From: Clostridia bacterium
GTDB taxonomy: Bacteria > Bacillota > Clostridia > Saccharofermentanales > UBA5734
Length of the DNA stretch: 64,000 bases
Direction: 5' to 3'
NCBI GenBank assembly: GCA_040772685.1
Contig: JAXGXQ010000002.1
Coordinates: forward strand, 170,094 to 234,093
Part shown: positions 39,300 through 47,156 of the stretch, one piece after another
Layout of the letters: each line of letters starts with the position of its first letter
Numbering within the stretch: position 1 is the stretch's first letter
The notes under the pieces: model-generated
The model's input: the letters and a program-made list of their open reading frames with translations, nothing else
What the model was told of the DNA's origin: nothing
Databases searched by the model: none
Position numbers and translations under genes: made by a program

Positions 39300-40250
39300 A
39301 TGCAAACCCTCATCAACAACTTCATCGCCCACGCCGAGCAAAGCAACTTCTTTCTTCTTGCTACTGAGCTGCGTCAGGGTGGGGAAGTGGTTGCTGAATG
39401 GAACAGGTTCGCGGCTAAGCCGAGGTTTGAATCGTATTCCACCTCAAAAACCTTTGCGGCTGTGGGGGCGGGCATCGCTATAGACGAAGGCCTGATAACT
39501 CTGGACGAGTGTGTCAGCGCCAGCTTTCCGGAGGCGACCTACGACATAACCAGTGAAAACGCCCTTAACATAACTGTCCGGGATCTGCTGACGATGTCCT
39601 CAGGTGTGAGCAATACGATGTTCTGGCGCGATGGTTATGAGCGCAAGCATGAGCGGGACTGGATTCGTTTTTTCTATAAGAACGGAAAATTCGATCATAA
39701 GCCGGGAACTGTGTTCTTGTACAACAACGTCAATTCCTACATGCTTGGCTGTCTGATCGAGAAAAAATCCGGCCAGAACCTGCGGGAATATCTCAGATAC
39801 CGTCTCTTTGAACCATTGGAGATTCACAATGTGGAGTGGACCAGCTGTCCGCTTGGCCACACAGTTGTTGCTAATTCGCTGGCGATCAGCGTTGACGAAA
39901 TGGGACGCTTTGGCCAGCTGCTGGCCAATGGCGGCGAATTCAACGGTAAACGCCTTGTCTCAGAATCGTTTGTCAAAGAGATGCTGACTGCACAGATCGA
40001 GACGAACGAATATCTTCCCGGCGAACCGCCGACCATAGCCGGTTACGGTTATCAAATCTGGCTGGATAGCAAGAATAACGCGGCTTTTATGTGGGGGATT
40101 TTTGGCCAGTATTGTATTGTCCTGCCCGAAAAGAATACTGTAATTTCAATCCAGGCGCTGCAACAAGATGACGGCGGCTCAAATGGTAATTACAGTAAGA
40201 TCTCAACATTGCGGCAGATGATTTGGGCAGACCTTGTGACGCGGATTTAA
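39300..40250 (+). CDS. Serine hydrolase, beta-lactamase / PBP4*-type family
   Basis: SxxK (YSTSKTF) and YxN (LYNNVNSY) motifs. Start set at ATG 39300 (AAGGAG RBS) rather than 39201. Confidence 0.8.
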   Translation: MQTLINNFIAHAEQSNFFLLATELRQGGEVVAEWNRFAAKPRFESYSTSKTFAAVGAGIAIDEGLITLDECVSASFPEATYDITSENALNITVRDLLTMSSGVSNTMFWRDGYERKHERDWIRFFYKNGKFDHKPGTVFLYNNVNSYMLGCLIEKKSGQNLREYLRYRLFEPLEIHNVEWTSCPLGHTVVANSLAISVDEMGRFGQLLANGGEFNGKRLVSESFVKEMLTAQIETNEYLPGEPPTIAGYGYQIWLDSKNNAAFMWGIFGQYCIVLPEKNTVISIQALQQDDGGSNGNYSKISTLRQMIWADLVTRI

Positions 40251-40298
40251 CATCTGGCTCTGGCTTTTCTAAAGTTTTCCGAAGCTTTCAGAAGTTTT

Positions 40299-41552
40299 TC
40301 AAAGCTTTGCAGCCTGCTGGTCACTGGTTTTGTTCCAGGCGTACAGCTCCTCGGTGGCCAGGGCTATTTTAGTTACAACATTCTTAATATTTTTCGGATA
40401 GATATAGTAAGTGTCCTCCAGCGTCGACAGCTCGACGCAATCACCGCGGTGGTCGTAATCGTATTCAATGTGGCAGGAATACATGCTGGCCGGCGTTTTA
40501 TGCAATTGCAAGAGGCCGGTCGGCAGATCCGCTTCCAGAGTAAAACCGTTTTGATTGTGCGTAAGGCGACCTGTTCCCAAATGAATAAAGCGGCGCGCGT
40601 TCGGCAGCGAATCAATATCGACCTCATCGTGGATAAAGTAGGTGCCGTTTTCTATTTGTCTACGGACCTCAGCCCGTTGAAATTCGTACCAATCCGGCAC
40701 ATGCGAAAACTCAGTCTCGCCGTTTTCGGCGCGTAGCTCTCCGAACTCCGACAGCGTCCAGCTCTTGCTGCAGTTTTCACACCAAAGACGAACTCCGGCG
40801 GAGGCCATTTTATGTTCGACACGACAGGCAGGGCATTGGTATAAAACCTTATGCAGCCCTTTGGCATTTTCCGGGTGGTCGATGCGAATACCATTTTCCT
40901 TTTGCCATTTATATTCATCGTAAACAAAAGCCGCACGTATCCTTTCGTTGATTTCAGCAACAGGCAGCTTTCGGACTTCTTCGGCTGTGAGGATTTTGCT
41001 GAAATCAGCCGCCAGAGGCAGCTTGCGCTTACTCAGGTTCCAGCAGGGAGAGCTCAAATAGTTGCCATGCATATTCAGCATCGCGACCGGCACACCCAGT
41101 AAACGTGCCACTTTTCCAAGGGAGTCAGGCAAAACTACAGTTGTGCCGGCAAGGGAATAGCGGGCTTCGGGATAAAGGACAAGGATGTCGCCGTTATCGA
41201 TCACACGTTTCAAATGCCGAATCATGGTCAGGTCGTGCGTGAATTTGCGCTTGCAGATACCACCGGCATTACGCAAAAGCCATTCCCGCCCTAAAAAACC
41301 GTCGATCGCGACCACATAATTTGCCCGATGGGGAAATATGGCTGCCGTTGTAACTTTGAAATCTATAAAGGCGTGGTGGGTGCAGAGAAGAAGGTAAGGC
41401 GGCTTTAAATCAGCAACGTCTGTGCGCCGGATTCGCAGACGGCGTGCCCATACGTCAGGATAGCTGGCAAGCCAGGTGACAATACGTAGAAACCACCGCT
41501 GGCGAATCGGGGGTTTCTGCAGGTCAAACCGGACAACGTGACTGTTAGCCAT
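40299..41552 (-). CDS. PlsC-family (lysophospholipid) acyltransferase with a ~200-aa C-terminal extension containing Cys pairs
   Basis: HX4D motif (CTHHAFIDF), a PEARYS block, and CPACRVEH...CENC in the C-terminal half. GAGAGG RBS. Confidence 0.75.
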   Translation of the reverse strand: MANSHVVRFDLQKPPIRQRWFLRIVTWLASYPDVWARRLRIRRTDVADLKPPYLLLCTHHAFIDFKVTTAAIFPHRANYVVAIDGFLGREWLLRNAGGICKRKFTHDLTMIRHLKRVIDNGDILVLYPEARYSLAGTTVVLPDSLGKVARLLGVPVAMLNMHGNYLSSPCWNLSKRKLPLAADFSKILTAEEVRKLPVAEINERIRAAFVYDEYKWQKENGIRIDHPENAKGLHKVLYQCPACRVEHKMASAGVRLWCENCSKSWTLSEFGELRAENGETEFSHVPDWYEFQRAEVRRQIENGTYFIHDEVDIDSLPNARRFIHLGTGRLTHNQNGFTLEADLPTGLLQLHKTPASMYSCHIEYDYDHRGDCVELSTLEDTYYIYPKNIKNVVTKIALATEELYAWNKTSDQQAAKL

Positions 41553-41726
41553 TTATTTCCTCTCAAAATTACGTATTATTCTTTGCCTGAATCTACGATT
41601 TGCTTATGAAGCTGAATGTACAATTTCGGCATACGTTCAAATGCCTGGATCCGCACCGGTTTTAACTTAAAAGCCATGCCCATGCCAAGATTGAAAACTT
41701 GCTTTCCCAGGTCCTTTTGCGGGAAG

Positions 41727-42485
41727 TCATACAACCTGTGTTTCTTCATAAGGAAAATCATTGATATCTACGACTTCGATTGTGTGGGGATATTCATCTA
41801 TAAATACTTCAAGCATCCGTGATAAATTGCCATCTTGCTGAATCTCATCCGTCAGCAGGACCGTTCTCAAATTTGTTGCTTTAGAAACTGGATTTGCTGC
41901 TTGAGATGTGGGGATTTGGCTTGGCAAGAAGCGAGGGGATTTAGTAGCTGGCAGAGGCATGAATTTGCGTTCCACTGGGGATCTGTTGCGGCAGGCATTG
42001 ACAAAATCATTCATGAAAAACCGCATACTGGACCGATGCGACTTTTTCAGCATGTCCATATTATCTGCTGTCCGGCCTTCAATATATAACATGCCAAGGT
42101 CTTCGCTCGTGCCGCGAAGATATTCCTCCGCCAAGTAATCGTAATAATGGAAGCAAGTCATCATACTGGTGGCATATTTCCCCTTGAAAATCGTATTGCG
42201 GCCGGCTTCTTTGATTAATTGGAACAAACGGATCAACTGCCAGGGAACCAGCATCGTGTAGACTGGTGTATTCCAGATAACCGCGTCAGACCACTCGATA
42301 TCAGCGATGGCGGAATTCAGCCAGGCTTGCTCAAAGTTGATTTTTGACAAGGCTTCGCCAGCCTGCAGAACCTTAAACTCAATGTCTTTTTGCTGACCCA
42401 ACATATAAAGACTGTGCTGCAGGGTTAAACTGAATTCACCTTTGGGGCTGCCATTTACAACAAGAATTTTAATGGTTTTGTTCAT
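41727..42485 (-). CDS. Flavodoxin-like-fold NAD(P)H-dependent oxidoreductase-like protein; possibly truncated by a frameshift at its 3' end
   Basis: N-terminus KILVVNGSPKGEFSLT is typical of the FMN-reductase fold. Start at ATG 42485 (GTGAGG RBS). A 61-aa ORF (41576-41761) overlaps the stop in another frame and fills the gap to the acyltransferase gene. Confidence 0.6.
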   Translation of the reverse strand: MNKTIKILVVNGSPKGEFSLTLQHSLYMLGQQKDIEFKVLQAGEALSKINFEQAWLNSAIADIEWSDAVIWNTPVYTMLVPWQLIRLFQLIKEAGRNTIFKGKYATSMMTCFHYYDYLAEEYLRGTSEDLGMLYIEGRTADNMDMLKKSHRSSMRFFMNDFVNACRNRSPVERKFMPLPATKSPRFLPSQIPTSQAANPVSKATNLRTVLLTDEIQQDGNLSRMLEVFIDEYPHTIEVVDINDFPYEETQVV

Positions 42486-42670
42486 TGCCGCTTGCCTCAC
42501 TTTATTTTTATTGAATTTTCGAACCGGATCATTGATTTTATTAGCAACTTTGAATAAGTTGTTATTGAAATATTTTAGTGATGCTACAAGGTTGATCGGC
42601 AACTAATGTTAAAATCAGCATATACTATATTGGCCTTTGGTGGAACACATTATTCCAGGAGGAATGTGCC

Positions 42671-43348
42671 ATGTATTGTTCAAATTGTGGAGCGCAATTA
42701 TCGGAAAGCACAAGATTTTGTCCAGCTTGCGGCAACGAAATAAAACACGAGTCTCAAGTGTCACAGACTACAGGTCTGCGCGGATTTTCGCCTCGCATCA
42801 ACGACCTGGCCTTTGCCAAATATGTTAAGAACAGCAACCGCTGGGCGGCGATATTCTCCATGATACTTGCTGTAGCTGCATTGATTGGCTTTTACATCTA
42901 CGGCGAGGTCAGCTCAGAAATGGATAACCCAGGAGCGCTTTACATTGGGTTCGGGATTGGCGGTATGTTTCTGCTGATCGCGTTGTTTCAGATATTAGGC
43001 AGGAAGCGAAGTAAGACCTGGGATGGTACGGTGGAGGACAAGAAGATCAAGAAGAAAACCAAAAGGCACGATTATGGCAACGATAACGTTCAATATGACG
43101 ACTATCTGGAATATTCCGTTATCATCCGAAGCGATAAGGGGAAAAGGCACACCATCAAATCTGAAGACAGCGATACCCTGTATAACTACTATCAGATCGG
43201 CGATCGGGTGCGGCATCATGCGGGTTTGAATTCATACGAAAAGTATGACAAGACCGGTGATAGGTTCATTCCCTGTAACGCCTGCGGGACATTGTGCGAC
43301 ATCCAGGATGATTATTGCTTCCGCTGCAAATGCCCGTTGCTCAAATAA
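42671..43348 (+). CDS. Zinc-ribbon membrane protein (N-terminal CxxC-x11-CxxC, 2 TM, C-terminal second Cys cluster)
   Basis: MYCSNCGAQLSESTRFCPACG, two hydrophobic spans, and C-terminus CNACGTLCDIQDDYCFRCKC. AGGAGG RBS. Confidence 0.7.
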   Translation: MYCSNCGAQLSESTRFCPACGNEIKHESQVSQTTGLRGFSPRINDLAFAKYVKNSNRWAAIFSMILAVAALIGFYIYGEVSSEMDNPGALYIGFGIGGMFLLIALFQILGRKRSKTWDGTVEDKKIKKKTKRHDYGNDNVQYDDYLEYSVIIRSDKGKRHTIKSEDSDTLYNYYQIGDRVRHHAGLNSYEKYDKTGDRFIPCNACGTLCDIQDDYCFRCKCPLLK

Positions 43349-43369
43349 TTGAACCCTTTTCGAAATTGC

Positions 43370-43645
43370 TTAATGAGGAAATAGAATCTCTGCTGCCCCC
43401 CAGAAAATAATCAGCAATCCAACTGCTATAGACAATATTACCGACACTGATCTGTCTTTGTTTTTAAAAAACGAAATGATTCCTAAAACGAAGCCGATTA
43501 CTCCGAATACAGCAATAAATGGTGATGGAAATGGGATCCTGATTCCAATATTAAATGCCTTTAATCCCATTAATGCGATAAAAAGCAATGCAAGTAAAGA
43601 CGCCCACTTGCCAATCCTTGTTTTAGATATAATTCGAATCTTCAT
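43370..43645 (-). CDS. Small 3-TM membrane protein, unknown function
   Basis: 91-aa hydrophobic ORF with an AGAAGGG RBS-like element. Confidence 0.5.
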   Translation of the reverse strand: MKIRIISKTRIGKWASLLALLFIALMGLKAFNIGIRIPFPSPFIAVFGVIGFVLGIISFFKNKDRSVSVILSIAVGLLIIFWGAAEILFPH

Positions 43646-43712
43646 AATTCCGAATTCCCTTCTTTAATCCTTATTTTGTTCTTCAGAGCCTTCATCGCGC
43701 GCGACCTTTTGT

Positions 43713-45413
43713 TTACTTGTTCTCTCGTTCAACGGCTTGCAATGCTTCTTTTTTACTGCCAGTAGTGGATCGAATTGAGAAAGCAATATTCACGATATGA
43801 TCCGATATTCTTTGCATTGCATACAGAACGGAATAGGTGCTTTTTGATACTTCAACAGGATACATTCCAGAGTTTAGCCGAATGACATGTTCGTCACGTG
43901 TAGCGGTTATCAGTTTTTTAATTTCCTTGTGAAGATCTGACATTTTATTAAAATTTTCTGTATTTTGATGTTTGAAGGCATCAAATCCGAAGTCGAAAAG
44001 TTCAGATAGGAGGTTGTAGATTGTATCAAGCTCAGCTTTTGTCTGATCTAAAAACTTAACTTCATTTTTTTTCATATACTTGGTTTCTTTAGCCAAAAGA
44101 ACCGCATAATCGCCCAGCCGCTCAACATCATTGGTAACATGATGCAATCCGCCGATCAGTTTTTCATCTTTTGCCGATTTAGTAGCTGATGAAATTTTGA
44201 TATAAAAGCTTGTGAGCTTCTCTGTCAGGAAATCAATCCGATATTCAATATCATCTATTTTTTTGCGCTCACTCAAATCTTCGTTGATCAACGAGGTAAA
44301 AGAACGATCAAGGTTCTCCTTGGCAAGGATCATCATATCGAGCAGTTCCTTCAGTGCCTGTTCAATAGCAACCGCCGGAGTTTTCAAAAAACGCTCATCA
44401 ATATACGACAATTCTTCTAACTTCAGTTGTTTATCTACCACTAACCGTGTTACCAGATTGACTAATGGATCGAGAAACACAAGCAATATCAGTGTGTAGA
44501 GGGAATTATAAATTAAGTTGTATGATGCAAGGCTAAACTGAGGTCTTCCGGGGAAGAGACTCTCAAATATATTGACGATTGGTGTTTGGAAAATAATCAA
44601 AATAATCGTAAATACTGTCGCTCCAATTACACTGGTAATCAGATGAAATAATGCAATTCGTTTTCCTTTGGCGTTGGTGGTCAATGATGCCATAATACCG
44701 TCGCTGCAGGTTCCAATATTTGCTCCCATAATTAAGAAAAACGACTGATCAATATTGTTGATAACTCCTGTAGCCAGGAAAGCAATAAAAACACCAGTTG
44801 CTGCCGTAGATGACTGTATGATGGCTGTAAAGAGAATGCCCAGTATCACCAGCAGGAAAGGATTATGCATTGTTTCATACTGGAAAACTTTTGACAGCTC
44901 AATGCTCAGCGTTGATTCGGGTCCGCCTATGGCGAATTCCATAACTTCCATACCAATGAAAAGCATTCCGAATCCTATTAAGAAGGGTGCAATTCTATTC
45001 AGGATTTCGTTGCTGGTTGTGAAAATAATCATGACACCGACAAACGCTAATGACGCAAAAACATAGCTGATGCTAAAATCACCTTTGCTGATGCCTGAAA
45101 GAGCAAATATAAATGCAGTGAAAGTTGTACCTACTTTTGCGCCTAAGATAAACCCTGCGCCTTGTTTGACTGTCACAATGTTAGCATGAGCAAGTCCAAC
45201 TGTCATAATCGAAGTGGCCGAAGAAGATTGGACAAGCACGGTGGTTCCGATTCCTATTCCGTAATTGACAACTCTGTTTCTGTCCAGTCTTTTGAAGAGA
45301 TTTCGTACTCCTGTCCCTGCGCTTTGCTCCAAACCAGAGCTCATCTGCTTCATGCCGAACATAAATACAGCGACTCCACCTAGCATAAGCAGTACATCCA
45401 TAAATATTTCCAT
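43713..45413 (-). CDS. Na+/phosphate cotransporter-family protein with C-terminal PhoU-like repeats
   Basis: Na_Pi_cotrans-type duplicated membrane core (GVAVFMFGMKQMS, VQSSSATS, IQSSTAATG) plus helical PhoU-like tail; AGGAG RBS. Confidence 0.85.
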   Translation of the reverse strand: MEIFMDVLLMLGGVAVFMFGMKQMSSGLEQSAGTGVRNLFKRLDRNRVVNYGIGIGTTVLVQSSSATSIMTVGLAHANIVTVKQGAGFILGAKVGTTFTAFIFALSGISKGDFSISYVFASLAFVGVMIIFTTSNEILNRIAPFLIGFGMLFIGMEVMEFAIGGPESTLSIELSKVFQYETMHNPFLLVILGILFTAIIQSSTAATGVFIAFLATGVINNIDQSFFLIMGANIGTCSDGIMASLTTNAKGKRIALFHLITSVIGATVFTIILIIFQTPIVNIFESLFPGRPQFSLASYNLIYNSLYTLILLVFLDPLVNLVTRLVVDKQLKLEELSYIDERFLKTPAVAIEQALKELLDMMILAKENLDRSFTSLINEDLSERKKIDDIEYRIDFLTEKLTSFYIKISSATKSAKDEKLIGGLHHVTNDVERLGDYAVLLAKETKYMKKNEVKFLDQTKAELDTIYNLLSELFDFGFDAFKHQNTENFNKMSDLHKEIKKLITATRDEHVIRLNSGMYPVEVSKSTYSVLYAMQRISDHIVNIAFSIRSTTGSKKEALQAVERENK

Positions 45414-45651
45414 TATTATCTCCTGTTATTTAGGATTTGTTGTTTTAGCTTATCCTGATATGTCTGGCGATGCAAACGATATTGCTTTGGCCAAAGTGAT
45501 AGCTGCTTACAGTATAATCATCTGTTCGGAGCCATCGGTATTTATGTTTGGCTGATATGCGCCTTTGCCGAGCCCGTTCTTTTTGCTGTTTTCAAAAAAC
45601 TGAACTAAATACAGCTGATGCGCTGCTGTAAAAATCGTCAATTTACCGCAT

Positions 45652-45696
45652 AAACAAAAAAGTCCGAAAACTGCTGTTAATGGACAGCTTTCGGAC
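45652..45696 (-). terminator. Rho-independent terminator of tRNA-Ser
   Basis: The minus strand reads GTCCGAAAGCTGT...ACAGCAGTTTTCGGAC followed by TTTTTTGTTT. Confidence 0.75.
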
Positions 45697-45702
45697 AAGT
45701 TG

Positions 45703-45792
45703 TGGCGGAGAGAGAGGGATTTGAACCCTCGGTACGCTCACACGTACGCCGCATTTCGAGTGCGGTGCCTTCAGCCGCTCGACCATCTCTCC
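45703..45792 (-). tRNA. tRNA-Ser (anticodon CGA), long variable arm, encoded CCA
   Basis: The minus strand reads GGAGAGATGGTCGAGCGGCTGAAGGCACCGCACTCGAAATGCGGCGTACGTGTGAGCGTACCGAGGGTTCAAATCCCTCTCTCTCCGCCA. Anticodon stem CCGCA/TGCGG with loop CTCGAAA. Confidence 0.92.
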
Positions 45793-45810
45793 GTATCTTT
45801 CAAGAACCCA

Positions 45811-45839
45811 ATTATAGATTAGCGCTTCGGAGGCGTCAA
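45811..45839 (-). promoter_or_regulatory. Near-consensus sigmaA promoter of tRNA-Ser
   Basis: On the minus strand: TTGACG (45839-45834), 17 nt, TATAAT (45816-45811). The mature tRNA 5' end is at 45792. Confidence 0.75.
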
Positions 45840-45944
45840 GAATCGCTGACTATTGACAGAATCGCGCTTTTATACTTTTGTTTCAATGCGTTATCACTTC
45901 AGGCATTTCGTGCCAATAAGTCTTGATGTCTCTTTAACAGCATT

Positions 45945-47156
45945 CTAGCCGAAATGCCGTTTGCCGCCTCTGAGCGCAAATTCCAGAAATACTGCGCTTT
46001 GTTTGCTGCCTGCGGGGTCGAGCAGGAGCAGAACCTGACCGCCGGTCGCTGCCAGACGCAGGGCTTCTTCGGGCAGACGGTGTGGACGGCGTGGGTCGGC
46101 CGGGCTGATACCTTTGAGATTATCTGCCGGATCCGGCTTTGGGTAGCCAATCTGGTCAGGTTCGAGCACCAGGCTGCGGTACATTGCGGTGTCCGGCCAA
46201 CGGTGACTGTGGGTGACGGTGAATTTGGGGAACCGGATCAGCAACGTATCGCGGTTTTGTTCACTTGCGCTTTGAATATAGTTACGAAATCGCAGGAAGA
46301 AACGTGCGTACTCAGGGTTGCCGCTGAAGTGCGAGCCGATGGTTGCTTCCCGCAGCCAGGTTTCGAAGCGGCTGCATTCCTTGGGGCGAATCATCTCCCA
46401 TATAGGCTGACCGTCTTCAGGTCCGCCGCAACGGTCATAAATAATCTGACAATACTGGTCAAAAACTGCCGGTGCCAGTTTCTCCTGCTGTAGGAACCGG
46501 CTAAGCAGAACTGCCTGCTCCTTGGGTTCTGCCTGCAGCAGAGATTCTTCAAATAAGAGAGCGCTGTCGGTGTACAACTCGGCATTGCTGTTGCGAAACA
46601 ACTGAGAGCAAAGAGTTGCGCCAAATGGCAGCTTCGGATCAATGTGGTAATAATTAATAAACTCGCTTAATGATAAACGTTGGTCAAGCACACGGCGACA
46701 GGTGCGGTTGATTAAGGAGCGCGAAGTTAAAGGCAGTAGATCCTGCAGAATAGGGTCGTGCCGAATACCGCGAATTTGCAAAATACGCCAGACAGAATCC
46801 ACGGCAGCCGCGACTAGCGGGTGGGGGTAGTGGCGCTGGAAAGTAACATAGCCTACGCGAAGCAATGAAATGCAGGCGCGTTCGCGCAAAACGGTGTTGA
46901 GTCGGTTTGTAAATTCACTGCGCTGTTCTTGCTTAGCTAATAGTGGAAACACCAGCATTAGTTTGCGTGAAGGCAAAACCTGCGCCCAGGCCAACAATTT
47001 TGCCTGACTGGCAGGCCGCATTACTTCAACAGCCAGTTGTTCCAACGCATCTGGCTCAGCAACTGATTCCAATTCTTCAGGATACGGCAACTGTTGCCGG
47101 ACATCCTTAAGAACTGTCGCCAGCCGTTCTGTCGGTTTTTGATTACTGGAAATCAT
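45945..47156 (-). CDS. Hypothetical cytoplasmic protein B (404 aa), no family recognised
   Basis: Long ORF with coding-like composition. ATG 47156 overlaps the stop of the upstream gene (47143-47145) by 14 nt. No P-loop and no obvious catalytic motif. The start is uncertain because no good SD is present. Confidence 0.65.
   Translation of the reverse strand: MISSNQKPTERLATVLKDVRQQLPYPEELESVAEPDALEQLAVEVMRPASQAKLLAWAQVLPSRKLMLVFPLLAKQEQRSEFTNRLNTVLRERACISLLRVGYVTFQRHYPHPLVAAAVDSVWRILQIRGIRHDPILQDLLPLTSRSLINRTCRRVLDQRLSLSEFINYYHIDPKLPFGATLCSQLFRNSNAELYTDSALLFEESLLQAEPKEQAVLLSRFLQQEKLAPAVFDQYCQIIYDRCGGPEDGQPIWEMIRPKECSRFETWLREATIGSHFSGNPEYARFFLRFRNYIQSASEQNRDTLLIRFPKFTVTHSHRWPDTAMYRSLVLEPDQIGYPKPDPADNLKGISPADPRRPHRLPEEALRLAATGGQVLLLLDPAGSKQSAVFLEFALRGGKRHFG

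Noticed and set aside
40251-40298. Short tandem-like pattern AAGTTTTCCGAAGCTTTCAGAAGTTTTTCAAAGCTTTGCAG between convergent genes
   Set aside because: Only ~45 nt, imperfect, with no stem or T-tract. It is probably a degenerate bidirectional stop region, and there is not enough evidence for a feature.
45702-45926. 74-aa plus-strand ORF
   Set aside because: It overlaps the tRNA-Ser gene and its promoter on the opposite strand, so it is an artefact.
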